Assembly (NCBI GenBank): GCA_965977975.1
Contig: CBHCZH010000014.1
Location: forward strand, 1-42,058
Length of the DNA: 42,058 nt
Origin: an uncultured bacterium
GTDB lineage: Bacteria; Pseudomonadota; Alphaproteobacteria; Sphingomonadales; Sphingomonadaceae
Direction of reading: 5' to 3'
A model generated the notes under the pieces. It had not been told where the DNA came from. It worked only from the letters and a program-made list of their open reading frames with translations, and ran no database searches. Below, piece by piece: positions 25,506 to 33,392 of the stretch. The number at the start of each line of letters is the position of its first letter. Position 1 is the stretch's first letter. The position numbers and the translations under genes are program-made.

Positions 25506-26924
25506 TCAATAGCCGAGGACGGCCTTCACCTCGAGATACTCCTCCAGCCCGAACACTCCGTACTCGCGGCCGTTGCCGGAGCGGCGGTAGCCGCCGAACG
25601 GGGCGTGGCCGGACCAGGCCGGATAGTTGATGTGAACCTGCCCTGCGCGGATCCGGCGCGCGATGCGTCGGGCGGCCTCCCGATTGGCAGACTGGACATG
25701 CGAGCTGAGCCCGTAGACCGTCGCGTTGGCGATCCGGATCGCGTCCTCTTCGTCCTCGTAGGGCTGGATGACGAGCACGGGGCCGAAGATCTCCTCCTGC
25801 GCTATCCGCATCACCGTGGTGACCTCGGAGAATACCGTCGGCCTGGCGAAGTAGCCGTGATTGAGGCCCTGCGGCAGGCCCGGCCCGCCGCACACCAGCT
25901 TGGCGCCCTCCTCGATGCCGGCCTGGATCAGCTCCTGTACCTTGACGAACTGCGGCTTGTTGGCGAGCGGGCCGAGCACGGTCGCTTCGTCGAGCGGGTC
26001 GCCGACGACGATGCCGTTCGCCGTCTCGGCGGCGAGCGCCTCCACTTCGGCCAGGCGCTGGCGCGGCACCACCATTCGCGTTGGCGAAGCGCACGACTGG
26101 CCGACATTGCGCATCATGCCGAGCACGCCCTTCGGAACGGCGCTCGCGAAATCGGCATCGGGCAGGAACACGTTGGGTGACTTGCCACCGAGCTCCTGCA
26201 CCACGCGCTTGATCGTCGGTGCGGCCGCCTGCGCCACCAGCACGCCCGCCCGGGTCGATCCCGTGAACGAGACCATGTCGACGTCCGCGTGGGCCGCCAT
26301 CGTCGCACCGACAATCTCGCCCGTCCCATTGACCAGATTGAACACGCCCGGAGGCGCGCCGGCATCGTGCATGACTTGCGCGAACAGCAGCGCGGTGAAC
26401 GGCGACAACTCGCTCGGCTTGAGCACCACCGTACAGCCGGCCGCGATCGCCGGGGCGACCTTGGCGGTGATCTGGTAGAGCGGCCAGTTCCACGGTGTGA
26501 TCGCCGCCACCACGCCGATCGGCTCCTTGCGGACACGGATGCCGTTCACCTCGGTCTCGAACGCGAACTCACGCAGCACCTCGATCGCCACGCGGACGTG
26601 CTCGATGCCGGCGTAGCACTGGCCGGCACGGGCAAACCCGATCGCCGCGCCCATTTCGGCGGTGATGGCCTGGGCGAATGGCTCGGTCCGTTCCTCGAGC
26701 AGGTCCCTGATGCGGGTGAGCAGCGCGAGGCGCTCTTCCACCGAGGTCTGCGAGAACGAGGCGAACGCCCGCCGCGCCGCCGCCACCGCCAGATCGACAT
26801 CGGCGGGCGAACCCGCCGCAATGTGCCCGATGACCTCTTCCGAATAGGGATTGGTCACCGCGATTCTGGGAGCGTCGGAGCGATCCAGCCAGGCCCCGTC
26901 GATGTAGAAGCGACTGTCGTTCAT
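25506..26924 (-). CDS. NAD(P)-dependent aldehyde dehydrogenase
   Basis: ALDH catalytic motifs (…ELGGKSPNVF…, …GQSCASPTRMVV… with catalytic Cys, …EEIFGPVL…). 472 aa. Confidence 0.9.
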   Translation of the reverse strand: MNDSRFYIDGAWLDRSDAPRIAVTNPYSEEVIGHIAAGSPADVDLAVAAARRAFASFSQTSVEERLALLTRIRDLLEERTEPFAQAITAEMGAAIGFARAGQCYAGIEHVRVAIEVLREFAFETEVNGIRVRKEPIGVVAAITPWNWPLYQITAKVAPAIAAGCTVVLKPSELSPFTALLFAQVMHDAGAPPGVFNLVNGTGEIVGATMAAHADVDMVSFTGSTRAGVLVAQAAAPTIKRVVQELGGKSPNVFLPDADFASAVPKGVLGMMRNVGQSCASPTRMVVPRQRLAEVEALAAETANGIVVGDPLDEATVLGPLANKPQFVKVQELIQAGIEEGAKLVCGGPGLPQGLNHGYFARPTVFSEVTTVMRIAQEEIFGPVLVIQPYEDEEDAIRIANATVYGLSSHVQSANREAARRIARRIRAGQVHINYPAWSGHAPFGGYRRSGNGREYGVFGLEEYLEVKAVLGY

Positions 26925-26936
26925 GGGGATCCTTGG

Positions 26937-27029
26937 CTCCCCTCCCGCTTGCGGGAGGGGTCGGGGGTGGGTCTGAAGGGAAAGGCTCTCTGGCCCACCC
27001 CTAACCCCACCCGCAAGCGGGAGGGGGAG
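26937..27029. repeat. GC-rich palindromic intergenic repeat (REP/MITE-like), two inverted units filling the whole 108-bp gap between the dioxygenase and ALDH genes
   Basis: Unit B1 26937-26971 (CTCCCCTCCCGCTTGCGGGAGGGGTCGGGGGTGGG) and unit B2 26994-27029 (reverse complement CTCCCCCTCCCGCTTGCGGGTGGGGTTAGGGGTGGG). Same family as the 20464-20576 repeat. In one frame the units translate to the PLPLAGEG-like pseudo-peptide typical of such elements. Confidence 0.75.
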
Positions 27030-27032
27030 CGA

Positions 27033-28022
27033 TCAGCCGAAATCCACCGGATCCGGCGTGAGTTCGCCGCTCGCATAACGCTTCTCCAGCCCCGGCGTGC
27101 CGTTCTCCATCACCATCAGCATCGCGCGCTTGGGGGCAAAGCCCTGGTGACGGATATCGGCGGGCATCGCGCAGACGTCGCCCGGCTTCATCACGATCGT
27201 GCCGCGTGGATCCCCGCTGTTCTTGTCGGCGATCTGCCAGTGGATCTCGTCGGTCAGCTGGATGAACCACTCGTTGCGATCGTTGCCGTGGATAACGGGG
27301 AGCATGTGCTCCTCGCTGGTCACGCAACAGATGCTGGCGCGGGTGATCGCGGTGAACGAGGGGTTCCAGGTCACATCGGCCCGCGCGATGTGCTCGAACA
27401 GGTTGATCGCGTGGAGCTGGCCTTCGAAGCCCGGCTCGCACTCGATGTCGGGGGTGTCGAACTCCATGTCGGCGAAAGCGCGGTTGATCGGGTGGCCTGT
27501 CGCGTCAGAGCGGACCGGGGGTTCGCCCTCCAAGCCCAGCATCCGCGAGGCGGCGGCGAAGCCGCGCACCAGTGGATCGGTGCGCTCCTTGGTTTTCGAG
27601 CCGAGCGGCGAACCGGTCTCGAGCGGAGCGTTCAGGGGATCATAGCCTTCGTTGATCCAGTTGCGGCTGATCGTCTCGAAGGCTTCCTTGACCACCTCGG
27701 CCGGGAAGGTCTCCAGGTAATCCAGGCCCTGGTCTTTGTAGCCCTGATCGTAGGCGCCGGCGAAGAGGTCCACCGCGCCATAGTGATTGGTCGTGCCGAA
27801 GATGTCGTCGAAGAAGATCCAGCCGTAGAAGAACCCCCACCCGATATCGCGCACCATCGCGCGCAGGAAGCGGTCGATCTCGATGATATGGCTGCCCCTG
27901 GGCCATTCGACGTGCGCGAAGTACTCGTCGCGGCGGAACTCGAAGCCGCCAAGGCGGAAGCTGTCGTAGCCGGTGTCGGGATCGGTGCCGGTGGCGGTGA
28001 TCGTGGCAGGCTGGACGTCCAT
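27033..28022 (-). CDS. two-subunit ring-cleavage dioxygenase, large (catalytic) subunit; hydroquinone 1,2-dioxygenase HqdB/HapD-like
   Basis: 329 aa (~37 kDa), directly downstream of a 163-aa partner and upstream of an ALDH. This is the hapC-hapD-hapE order of hydroquinone pathways. Cupin-like C-terminal region with conserved His/Glu. The family assignment rests on architecture and context, not a verified alignment. Confidence 0.5.
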   Translation of the reverse strand: MDVQPATITATGTDPDTGYDSFRLGGFEFRRDEYFAHVEWPRGSHIIEIDRFLRAMVRDIGWGFFYGWIFFDDIFGTTNHYGAVDLFAGAYDQGYKDQGLDYLETFPAEVVKEAFETISRNWINEGYDPLNAPLETGSPLGSKTKERTDPLVRGFAAASRMLGLEGEPPVRSDATGHPINRAFADMEFDTPDIECEPGFEGQLHAINLFEHIARADVTWNPSFTAITRASICCVTSEEHMLPVIHGNDRNEWFIQLTDEIHWQIADKNSGDPRGTIVMKPGDVCAMPADIRHQGFAPKRAMLMVMENGTPGLEKRYASGELTPDPVDFG

Positions 28023-28033
28023 CGTTCCCCTCC

Positions 28034-28525
28034 TCAGGCCAAGGTGCAGATTTCGGACCAGCGCTTGACCGTCACCGGCCCGTCGCAGGTCTGGATGATC
28101 GCAACCGCCGGCTTCTTCGAGCTCAGCCGATAGGCCGCACCGTGCGGCAGCAGCACCTGATGGCCGCGACGTGCGGTAACCTTGCCCATCGCCGGACCGT
28201 TCGGCTCTCCGCCGAGCCGGAACGCGCCGCCCGCATGGCCTGGCACCTGATCGTCGGCGAGCTTGATGAAACTGAAGGTCACCTCGCCGTCCATGACGAT
28301 TGCGAACTCGTCATGCGGCGCGGCGTACCACGGCGATTCGCCTTCGACCCGCACGGCCTCGGCGACGTATTCGAGGTTCTGCGCCACCGCGACGCGCTCG
28401 AACGGAGCGGCCTTGCCGGCGACTTCGAACACGTTCGAAAAGGCGTATTTCGTCAAATCGTCCTTGAGCTCGATCGTACCTTTCTCATAGGCGCCGAGCG
28501 AACCGATATGGGTGTTGTAGGCCAC
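28034..28525 (-). CDS. two-subunit ring-cleavage dioxygenase, small subunit (HqdA/HapC-like)
   Basis: 163 aa (~18 kDa), stop 11 nt before the large-subunit start. The size and gene order match the small subunit of two-component hydroquinone dioxygenases. Confidence 0.45.
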   Translation of the reverse strand: MAYNTHIGSLGAYEKGTIELKDDLTKYAFSNVFEVAGKAAPFERVAVAQNLEYVAEAVRVEGESPWYAAPHDEFAIVMDGEVTFSFIKLADDQVPGHAGGAFRLGGEPNGPAMGKVTARRGHQVLLPHGAAYRLSSKKPAVAIIQTCDGPVTVKRWSEICTLA

Positions 28526-28609
28526 CGCATCCTCCCATGCCGCCGCCGTTCGGCAGTCGTTGCGGAGGATGGTATCACCCCGTGCGGCGAGGGCAACGGG
28601 AGTCGCGCG

Positions 28610-29104
28610 TCACTCGCTCGGAATGCCGAGCAGCTCGATCCTGAACAGCAGCGTCGCCCCGCCGGGGATCGGCCCGCGACCGATCGGGCCGTAAGCGAGC
28701 GTCGCCGGTGCGGCGATCTCGATCGTATCGCCGACGCCCATTTGCGGCACCGCCATCTGCCACGCGCGGATCAGCGCCCGCAGCGGGAAGGTCGCGGGTT
28801 CGTTGCGGCGGTACGAGCTGTCGAACTCGGTCCCGTCGACCAGCGTGCCGGCGTAATGGAGAGTGACGGTATCGTTGACGGTCGGACGCTTCCCCGATCC
28901 GTTGCCGGCGACACGCCGCCACAGCAGGCCGCCTTCCATCCACGACCAGCCGTCGCTGGCCTGCCGGCTCGCCAGCGCGGCCTGCTGGGCATTGTGCCAA
29001 GCGGCATCCTGCGAGGGGCCGCTGGGCGCTGCATCCTGTGCGAGTGCATTCAAAGGCAGGGCACCCAGGATCATCGAACAAAGCGCCACGAATTCGCGAT
29101 TCAC
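28610..29104 (-). CDS. FKBP-type peptidyl-prolyl cis-trans isomerase, periplasmic
   Basis: GTG start with AAGGGGG 7 nt upstream. Signal peptide MNREFVALCSMILGALPLNALA. FKBP domain (…VTLHYAGTLVDGTEFDSSYRRNEPATFPL…GATLLFRIELLGI). Confidence 0.85.
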   Translation of the reverse strand: MNREFVALCSMILGALPLNALAQDAAPSGPSQDAAWHNAQQAALASRQASDGWSWMEGGLLWRRVAGNGSGKRPTVNDTVTLHYAGTLVDGTEFDSSYRRNEPATFPLRALIRAWQMAVPQMGVGDTIEIAAPATLAYGPIGRGPIPGGATLLFRIELLGIPSE

Positions 29105-29304
29105 TTCATCGCCCCCTTGCTGGAGAAAACTGGCATGATGAAGGCGCAGTGTGCGCCATGCCGATCTCAGCACGAGATTTGCGGACAAGGCAAGAATACC
29201 ATCGCCCCGGCAATTCCCTGCTATGCCGCAGCCTGCCCACGAACAGGGTATGGTAGCGCTAACGAAATCCCGTATGGGTCGCAAAGAATCGGAGAGCTGA
29301 ACCC

Positions 29305-30315
29305 ATGGACGTAGTCATCTGTACCCAGCCCGGAGACCTGGAGCTTGAGCGCCGGGCAAAACCCGTTCCGGGTATGGGCGAGGTCCTGGTGCGCATCCGC
29401 CGCGTCGGCGTGTGCGGAACGGATATGCACATCTTCACCGGCAACCAGCCCTACCTTTCCTACCCGCGGGTAATGGGACACGAGCTTGCCGGCGAAGTCG
29501 AGGAAGCGCCCGCCGAAAGCGGCTTGATGCCAGGGGATCCCGTCTACATCATCCCCTACATCGCCTGCGGCCACTGCGTCGCCTGCCGCAAAGCGAAGCC
29601 CAATTGCTGCACCAACATTCGGGTGCTCGGCGTGCACACCGACGGTGGCCTCGCCGAGTTCCTGAGCGTGCCGCAGGCCTATGTGAAAAAGGCTGAAGGA
29701 ATCTCGCTCGAACAGGCGGCGATGGTCGAGTTCCTCGCAATCGGCGCCCACGCTGTGAGACGCGCGGCGGTCGCCGCGGAGCAGAAAGTGCTGGTCGTGG
29801 GCGCGGGTCCGATCGGGATCGGCGTGGCGCTGTTCAGCAAGCTTCGCGGAGCCCGCGTCACCGTACTCGACGGACGCGCGGACCGGCTCGCCTTCTGCGC
29901 CGACCTCATCGGGGTGGAATCGACGGTCATGTTGAGCGAGTCGAGCGGCGGCGAGCTAGAGCAGCTGACCGGCGGCGATTTCTTCGACGTCGTCTTCGAC
30001 GCCACCGGCAATCCGCGAGCGATGGAAACCGGATTTGCCTACGTTGCGCACGGCGGGACTTACGTTCTGGTTTCGATCGTGGCCGCCGACATCCGCTTTT
30101 CCGACCCCGAGTTTCACAAGCGCGAGATGACGCTGATGGGAAGCAGGAACGCGACCGCGGAAGATTTCGAGGCGGTCGTCGACGCCATGCGCGCCGGCCA
30201 GGTTCCCACACAGGCGCTCCATACGCACAGTTCGTCCCTCGCGGAGCTGCCACAGGCTTTCCCCGGATGGCTCGAACCCTCGGCGGGCGTGATCAAGGCG
30301 ATCGTTTCCTGCTGA
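29305..30315 (+). CDS. zinc-dependent alcohol dehydrogenase (MDR family, sorbitol/threonine dehydrogenase-like)
   Basis: Catalytic-Zn ligands (C37, H59 context GHE), structural-Zn Cys cluster C89/C92/C95/C103, and the Rossmann GxGxxG motif (VVGAGPIG). Confidence 0.9.
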   Translation: MDVVICTQPGDLELERRAKPVPGMGEVLVRIRRVGVCGTDMHIFTGNQPYLSYPRVMGHELAGEVEEAPAESGLMPGDPVYIIPYIACGHCVACRKAKPNCCTNIRVLGVHTDGGLAEFLSVPQAYVKKAEGISLEQAAMVEFLAIGAHAVRRAAVAAEQKVLVVGAGPIGIGVALFSKLRGARVTVLDGRADRLAFCADLIGVESTVMLSESSGGELEQLTGGDFFDVVFDATGNPRAMETGFAYVAHGGTYVLVSIVAADIRFSDPEFHKREMTLMGSRNATAEDFEAVVDAMRAGQVPTQALHTHSSSLAELPQAFPGWLEPSAGVIKAIVSC

Positions 30316-30404
30316 TTGTGCTGCCGGCCGGGGCGAATAGGAGCCCGTCGGGCGGCGCTCAAAGGGCGCCCTTCAGCATGGGATGACCTCCAATGATGAA
30401 GCGG

Positions 30405-30480
30405 TGGTGAGCCCTGCTGGATTCGAACCAGCGACCTACTGATTAAAAGTCAGTTGCTCTACCGACTGAGCTAAGGGCCC
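30405..30480 (-). tRNA. trnK: tRNA-Lys (anticodon UUU)
   Basis: Reverse complement GGGCCCTTAGCTCAGTCGGTAGAGCAACTGACTTTTAATCAGTAGGTCGCTGGTTCGAATCCAGCAGGGCTCACCA. Anticodon loop CTTTTAA and an encoded CCA. Closely resembles E. coli tRNA-Lys. Confidence 0.9.
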
Positions 30481-30998
30481 GACCACGTCGCCGCCCTACG
30501 AATGGCGCGGGGGCGGGTCAACCGTGCGTGAAGCTGCCGGACGGTGAGGCTGGTTACCGGGTCGCGCCAACCGGGGGCGATGGAAGCGGCCGGGGCGAGC
30601 ACGAAGTCGCGAGACCGGAACAGCGGATGCGGAATTGTCAGGCCGTGTTCGGCGTAAGGACCGCCGCTCCACAGCACCAGGTCGAGATCGAGCACCCGGG
30701 CGGTCCAGCGCTGACCGCCGGGACGGCGGCCGAATTCGCGTTCGACGCGCTTCAGTAATGCCAGCAGCGCCGGCGGCTCGAGCGGCGTCTCGACCGTCGC
30801 GGCGGAATTGGCGTAGCGGCGCTGCGACGGTCCGACCGGATCGCTGAGCAGGATCGGCGCGGCTTCGACGACGCGTACCCCCTCGGCGTCGATCCGCTCG
30901 AGCGCCGCCGCGAGCACCTCGCGCGGGCGGCCGAAGCGGTGATGGCGCCGGTTGGAGCCGAGCGCGATCAGGTACAGGTAGCTCAGATATCCTCGCAG
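30471..30998 (-). CDS. folK: 2-amino-4-hydroxy-6-hydroxymethyldihydropteridine diphosphokinase
   Basis: …YLIALGSN…TVETPLEPPALLALLKRVEREFGR…WTARVLDLDLVLW…HPLFRSRDFVLAP… are HPPK motifs. The start is uncertain (no ATG/GTG; possibly CTG at 30998 or upstream). The last 10 nt overlap the tRNA-Lys 5' end. Confidence 0.65.
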   Translation of the reverse strand: MRGYLSYLYLIALGSNRRHHRFGRPREVLAAALERIDAEGVRVVEAAPILLSDPVGPSQRRYANSAATVETPLEPPALLALLKRVEREFGRRPGGQRWTARVLDLDLVLWSGGPYAEHGLTIPHPLFRSRDFVLAPAASIAPGWRDPVTSLTVRQLHARLTRPRAIRRAATWSGP

Positions 30999-31849
30999 AT
31001 GCGCCCATAGAGCTGGGGCCGGCGGTCGCGGAAGAAGCCCCAGCTGGCGCGATGCCGGGCCGCGGCGGAAAGGTCGAGCGTCGCGACCAGCGCGCCGCTC
31101 TCCTCGCAGCCGTATTCGGCGAGCATGTCGCCCCATTCGTCGCAGATGAAGCTATGGCCGTAAAACGCCTGCCCCGCTCCACCATGCTCGATCTCGTGGC
31201 CGATGCGGTTGGCGGCGACCACCGGCATGCAGTTCGACACCGCGTGACCGATCATTGCCCGGCGCCACATGCGGCTGGTGTCCATCTCGGCGTCCTTGGG
31301 CTCGGAGCCGATCGCGGTCGGGTAGAACAGCACCTCGGCCCCTTTCAGGGCGAGCACGCGGGCCGTTTCGGGATACCATTGGTCCCAGCACACTCCGATC
31401 CCGATCCGTGCCCCGAACAGGTCCCAGACCTTGAACCCGTCGTTGCCGGGGCGGAAATAGAACTTCTCCTCGTAGCCCGGGCCGTCAGGAATGTGGCTCT
31501 TGCGATAAGTGCCCATGATCTCGCCGTCAGCGCCGATCATGGCGAGCGTGTTGTAATAGTGGTGCCCGTCACGTTCGAAGAAGCTGGTCGGAATCGCGAC
31601 ACCGAGCGCTCTCGCCAGTCCTTGCATCGCCACGACCGAGGGATGCTCCGCGGTGGGCCGGGCGAGCGCGAACAGCGCGTCGTCCTCGAGCTTGCAGAAG
31701 TAGGGACCGGAGAACAGCTCGGGCGGCAGCACGACTTGCGCACCCTTCGCCGCAGCCTCCTCGACCAGCACGGAGACGGCGGCGATGTTCTCCTGCTCGT
31801 CGGTCGAGCCGAGGGCAAGCTGCAGGGCGGCGACGGTGAGCTTCGTCAT
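30983..31849 (-). CDS. carbon-nitrogen hydrolase, N-carbamoylputrescine amidase-like
   Basis: Nitrilase-superfamily E-K-C triad context (…GVCWDQWYPE…). MTKLTVAALQ start. 288 aa. Confidence 0.8.
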   Translation of the reverse strand: MTKLTVAALQLALGSTDEQENIAAVSVLVEEAAAKGAQVVLPPELFSGPYFCKLEDDALFALARPTAEHPSVVAMQGLARALGVAIPTSFFERDGHHYYNTLAMIGADGEIMGTYRKSHIPDGPGYEEKFYFRPGNDGFKVWDLFGARIGIGVCWDQWYPETARVLALKGAEVLFYPTAIGSEPKDAEMDTSRMWRRAMIGHAVSNCMPVVAANRIGHEIEHGGAGQAFYGHSFICDEWGDMLAEYGCEESGALVATLDLSAAARHRASWGFFRDRRPQLYGRICEDI

Positions 31850-31884
31850 GCGCGCCAGTTAGGGACGCACGCCCCTTAAGTCCA

Positions 31885-32727
31885 TCAATCGCGCTTCCGG
31901 AAGAGAAGCGTCATCCGGTCGCTCTCGCCGACCGCCAGCCGCAGCGGCCGCGTCTCGTCCGTCGCGCCGGCGAGGCTCGGCGGCAGCTCCCAGACTCCGC
32001 GCGGGTAGTCCTTGGTGTCCGTCGGATTGGCGTTGATCTCGCTCGTGCCGACGAGGTCGAAGCCGTAGGCGTCCATCAGCGCGATCACGTCGCTTTCGCG
32101 CAAATAGCCTTTGTTGCCGTCCGTCAGCGTGTAGGGTGCGTTCTCTTCGGCGCGGTGGTCGGTGATGCCGACCATCCCGCCAGGCTTGAGCATGCGGCGG
32201 ATCGTTTGCATGTCGTCGTGCAGCCAGCCGAAACGGAACTGGTTGTGCATCTCGCGGAAGATCAGCACCCGATCGACGGTACCGTCGAGGGCTTCGGGAT
32301 AGCCGTCGGTGTTGAACGCGGTGACCCGGGGCATGGCGCCCAGGTTCCACTGCGCGGCTTGGCCTGCGAACTTCTCGGCAAGGCCGCCCATCGTATTGAG
32401 GAAGTACGGGTTCGTCTCGCCGGTCAGGTCCGGACCCATCGCCACATAATGCCCCTGCGGTCCGAGGTAGGGCGCGATAATGCGGGTGAACCAGCCGCCT
32501 GCCGGGAGGTAGTCCACCACGGTCATGCCGGGGCGAACCTGGAAGAACGCCAGCGTTTCGGCGGGGTGGCGGTACTGGTCGCGCGCGCGGTCCGCGTCGC
32601 GACGCGGGTGGGCGAGGATTTCGATGAGCGCCGGATCAATCGTGCTTTGTTGCGCTGCGGCCGGCGCGGGCGCAGCGGTGAGCGGGACGACAAGGAGGGC
32701 GGCAGCGGCAAGGAGCGTGGTGCGCAT
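31885..32727 (-). CDS. class I SAM-dependent methyltransferase-like protein with signal peptide
   Basis: Signal peptide MRTTLLAAAALLVVPLTAAPAPAAAQ, then a methyltransferase-fold motif I-like region (VVDYLPAGGWFTRIIAPYLG). Confidence 0.65.
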   Translation of the reverse strand: MRTTLLAAAALLVVPLTAAPAPAAAQQSTIDPALIEILAHPRRDADRARDQYRHPAETLAFFQVRPGMTVVDYLPAGGWFTRIIAPYLGPQGHYVAMGPDLTGETNPYFLNTMGGLAEKFAGQAAQWNLGAMPRVTAFNTDGYPEALDGTVDRVLIFREMHNQFRFGWLHDDMQTIRRMLKPGGMVGITDHRAEENAPYTLTDGNKGYLRESDVIALMDAYGFDLVGTSEINANPTDTKDYPRGVWELPPSLAGATDETRPLRLAVGESDRMTLLFRKRD

Positions 32728-32826
32728 GTTACTTTCCCGTTGATTTTATCCGGCGAAACTAGCCTGCGCTCGAAGGATGACAAGCGCGTTGCGGCGCCCC
32801 ATCTGCAGCGGCGAAGGAGAGCAGGC

Positions 32827-33366
32827 ATGGCGGAGGAAACGGCGATCGTCGCGGGCGGGTGCTTCTGGTGCACCGAGGCGGTGTTCCGCGACGTCATCGG
32901 AGTGAGCGAGGTCGAGAGCGGCTACATCGGCGGCACGCTGCCGGACCCGACCTACAAGCAAGTGTGCGGGGGCACGACCGGCCATGCGGAAGCGGTCCGG
33001 GTAACTTACGATCCAGAGGCGATCTCCTACGCGGAAATCCTCGATGTGTTCATGGGCACGCACGATCCGACGCAGTTGAACCGGCAGGGCAACGACGTCG
33101 GCACGCAGTACCGCAGCGCGATCTTCCCGCTTGACGACGCCCAGCGTGCCGAAGCCGAGGCGGCGATCTCGCGATGGAATGCCGAGCACGACGGCCAGAG
33201 CGCGGTTACCACCATCGAACGCCCCGCGGAGTGGTATCCGGCGGAAGATTACCACCAGGAATACTGGGAAGGCGAAGGGCAGCGGAACCCGTACTGCCTG
33301 GCAGTGATCCCGCCGAAGCTGCTGAAGCTGCGCAAGAGCTTCCAGGCCAAGGTCAAGTCAACTTGA
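32827..33366 (+). CDS. msrA: peptide-methionine (S)-S-oxide reductase
   Basis: Active-site GCFWCTEAVF and conserved …GHAEAVRVTYDP…GTQYRSAIF…YHQEYW… blocks. The track ORF is over-extended upstream to 32155. Confidence 0.9.
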   Translation: MAEETAIVAGGCFWCTEAVFRDVIGVSEVESGYIGGTLPDPTYKQVCGGTTGHAEAVRVTYDPEAISYAEILDVFMGTHDPTQLNRQGNDVGTQYRSAIFPLDDAQRAEAEAAISRWNAEHDGQSAVTTIERPAEWYPAEDYHQEYWEGEGQRNPYCLAVIPPKLLKLRKSFQAKVKST

Positions 33367-33392
33367 GGTAACTCGTTCTTAATCATCTGTTT

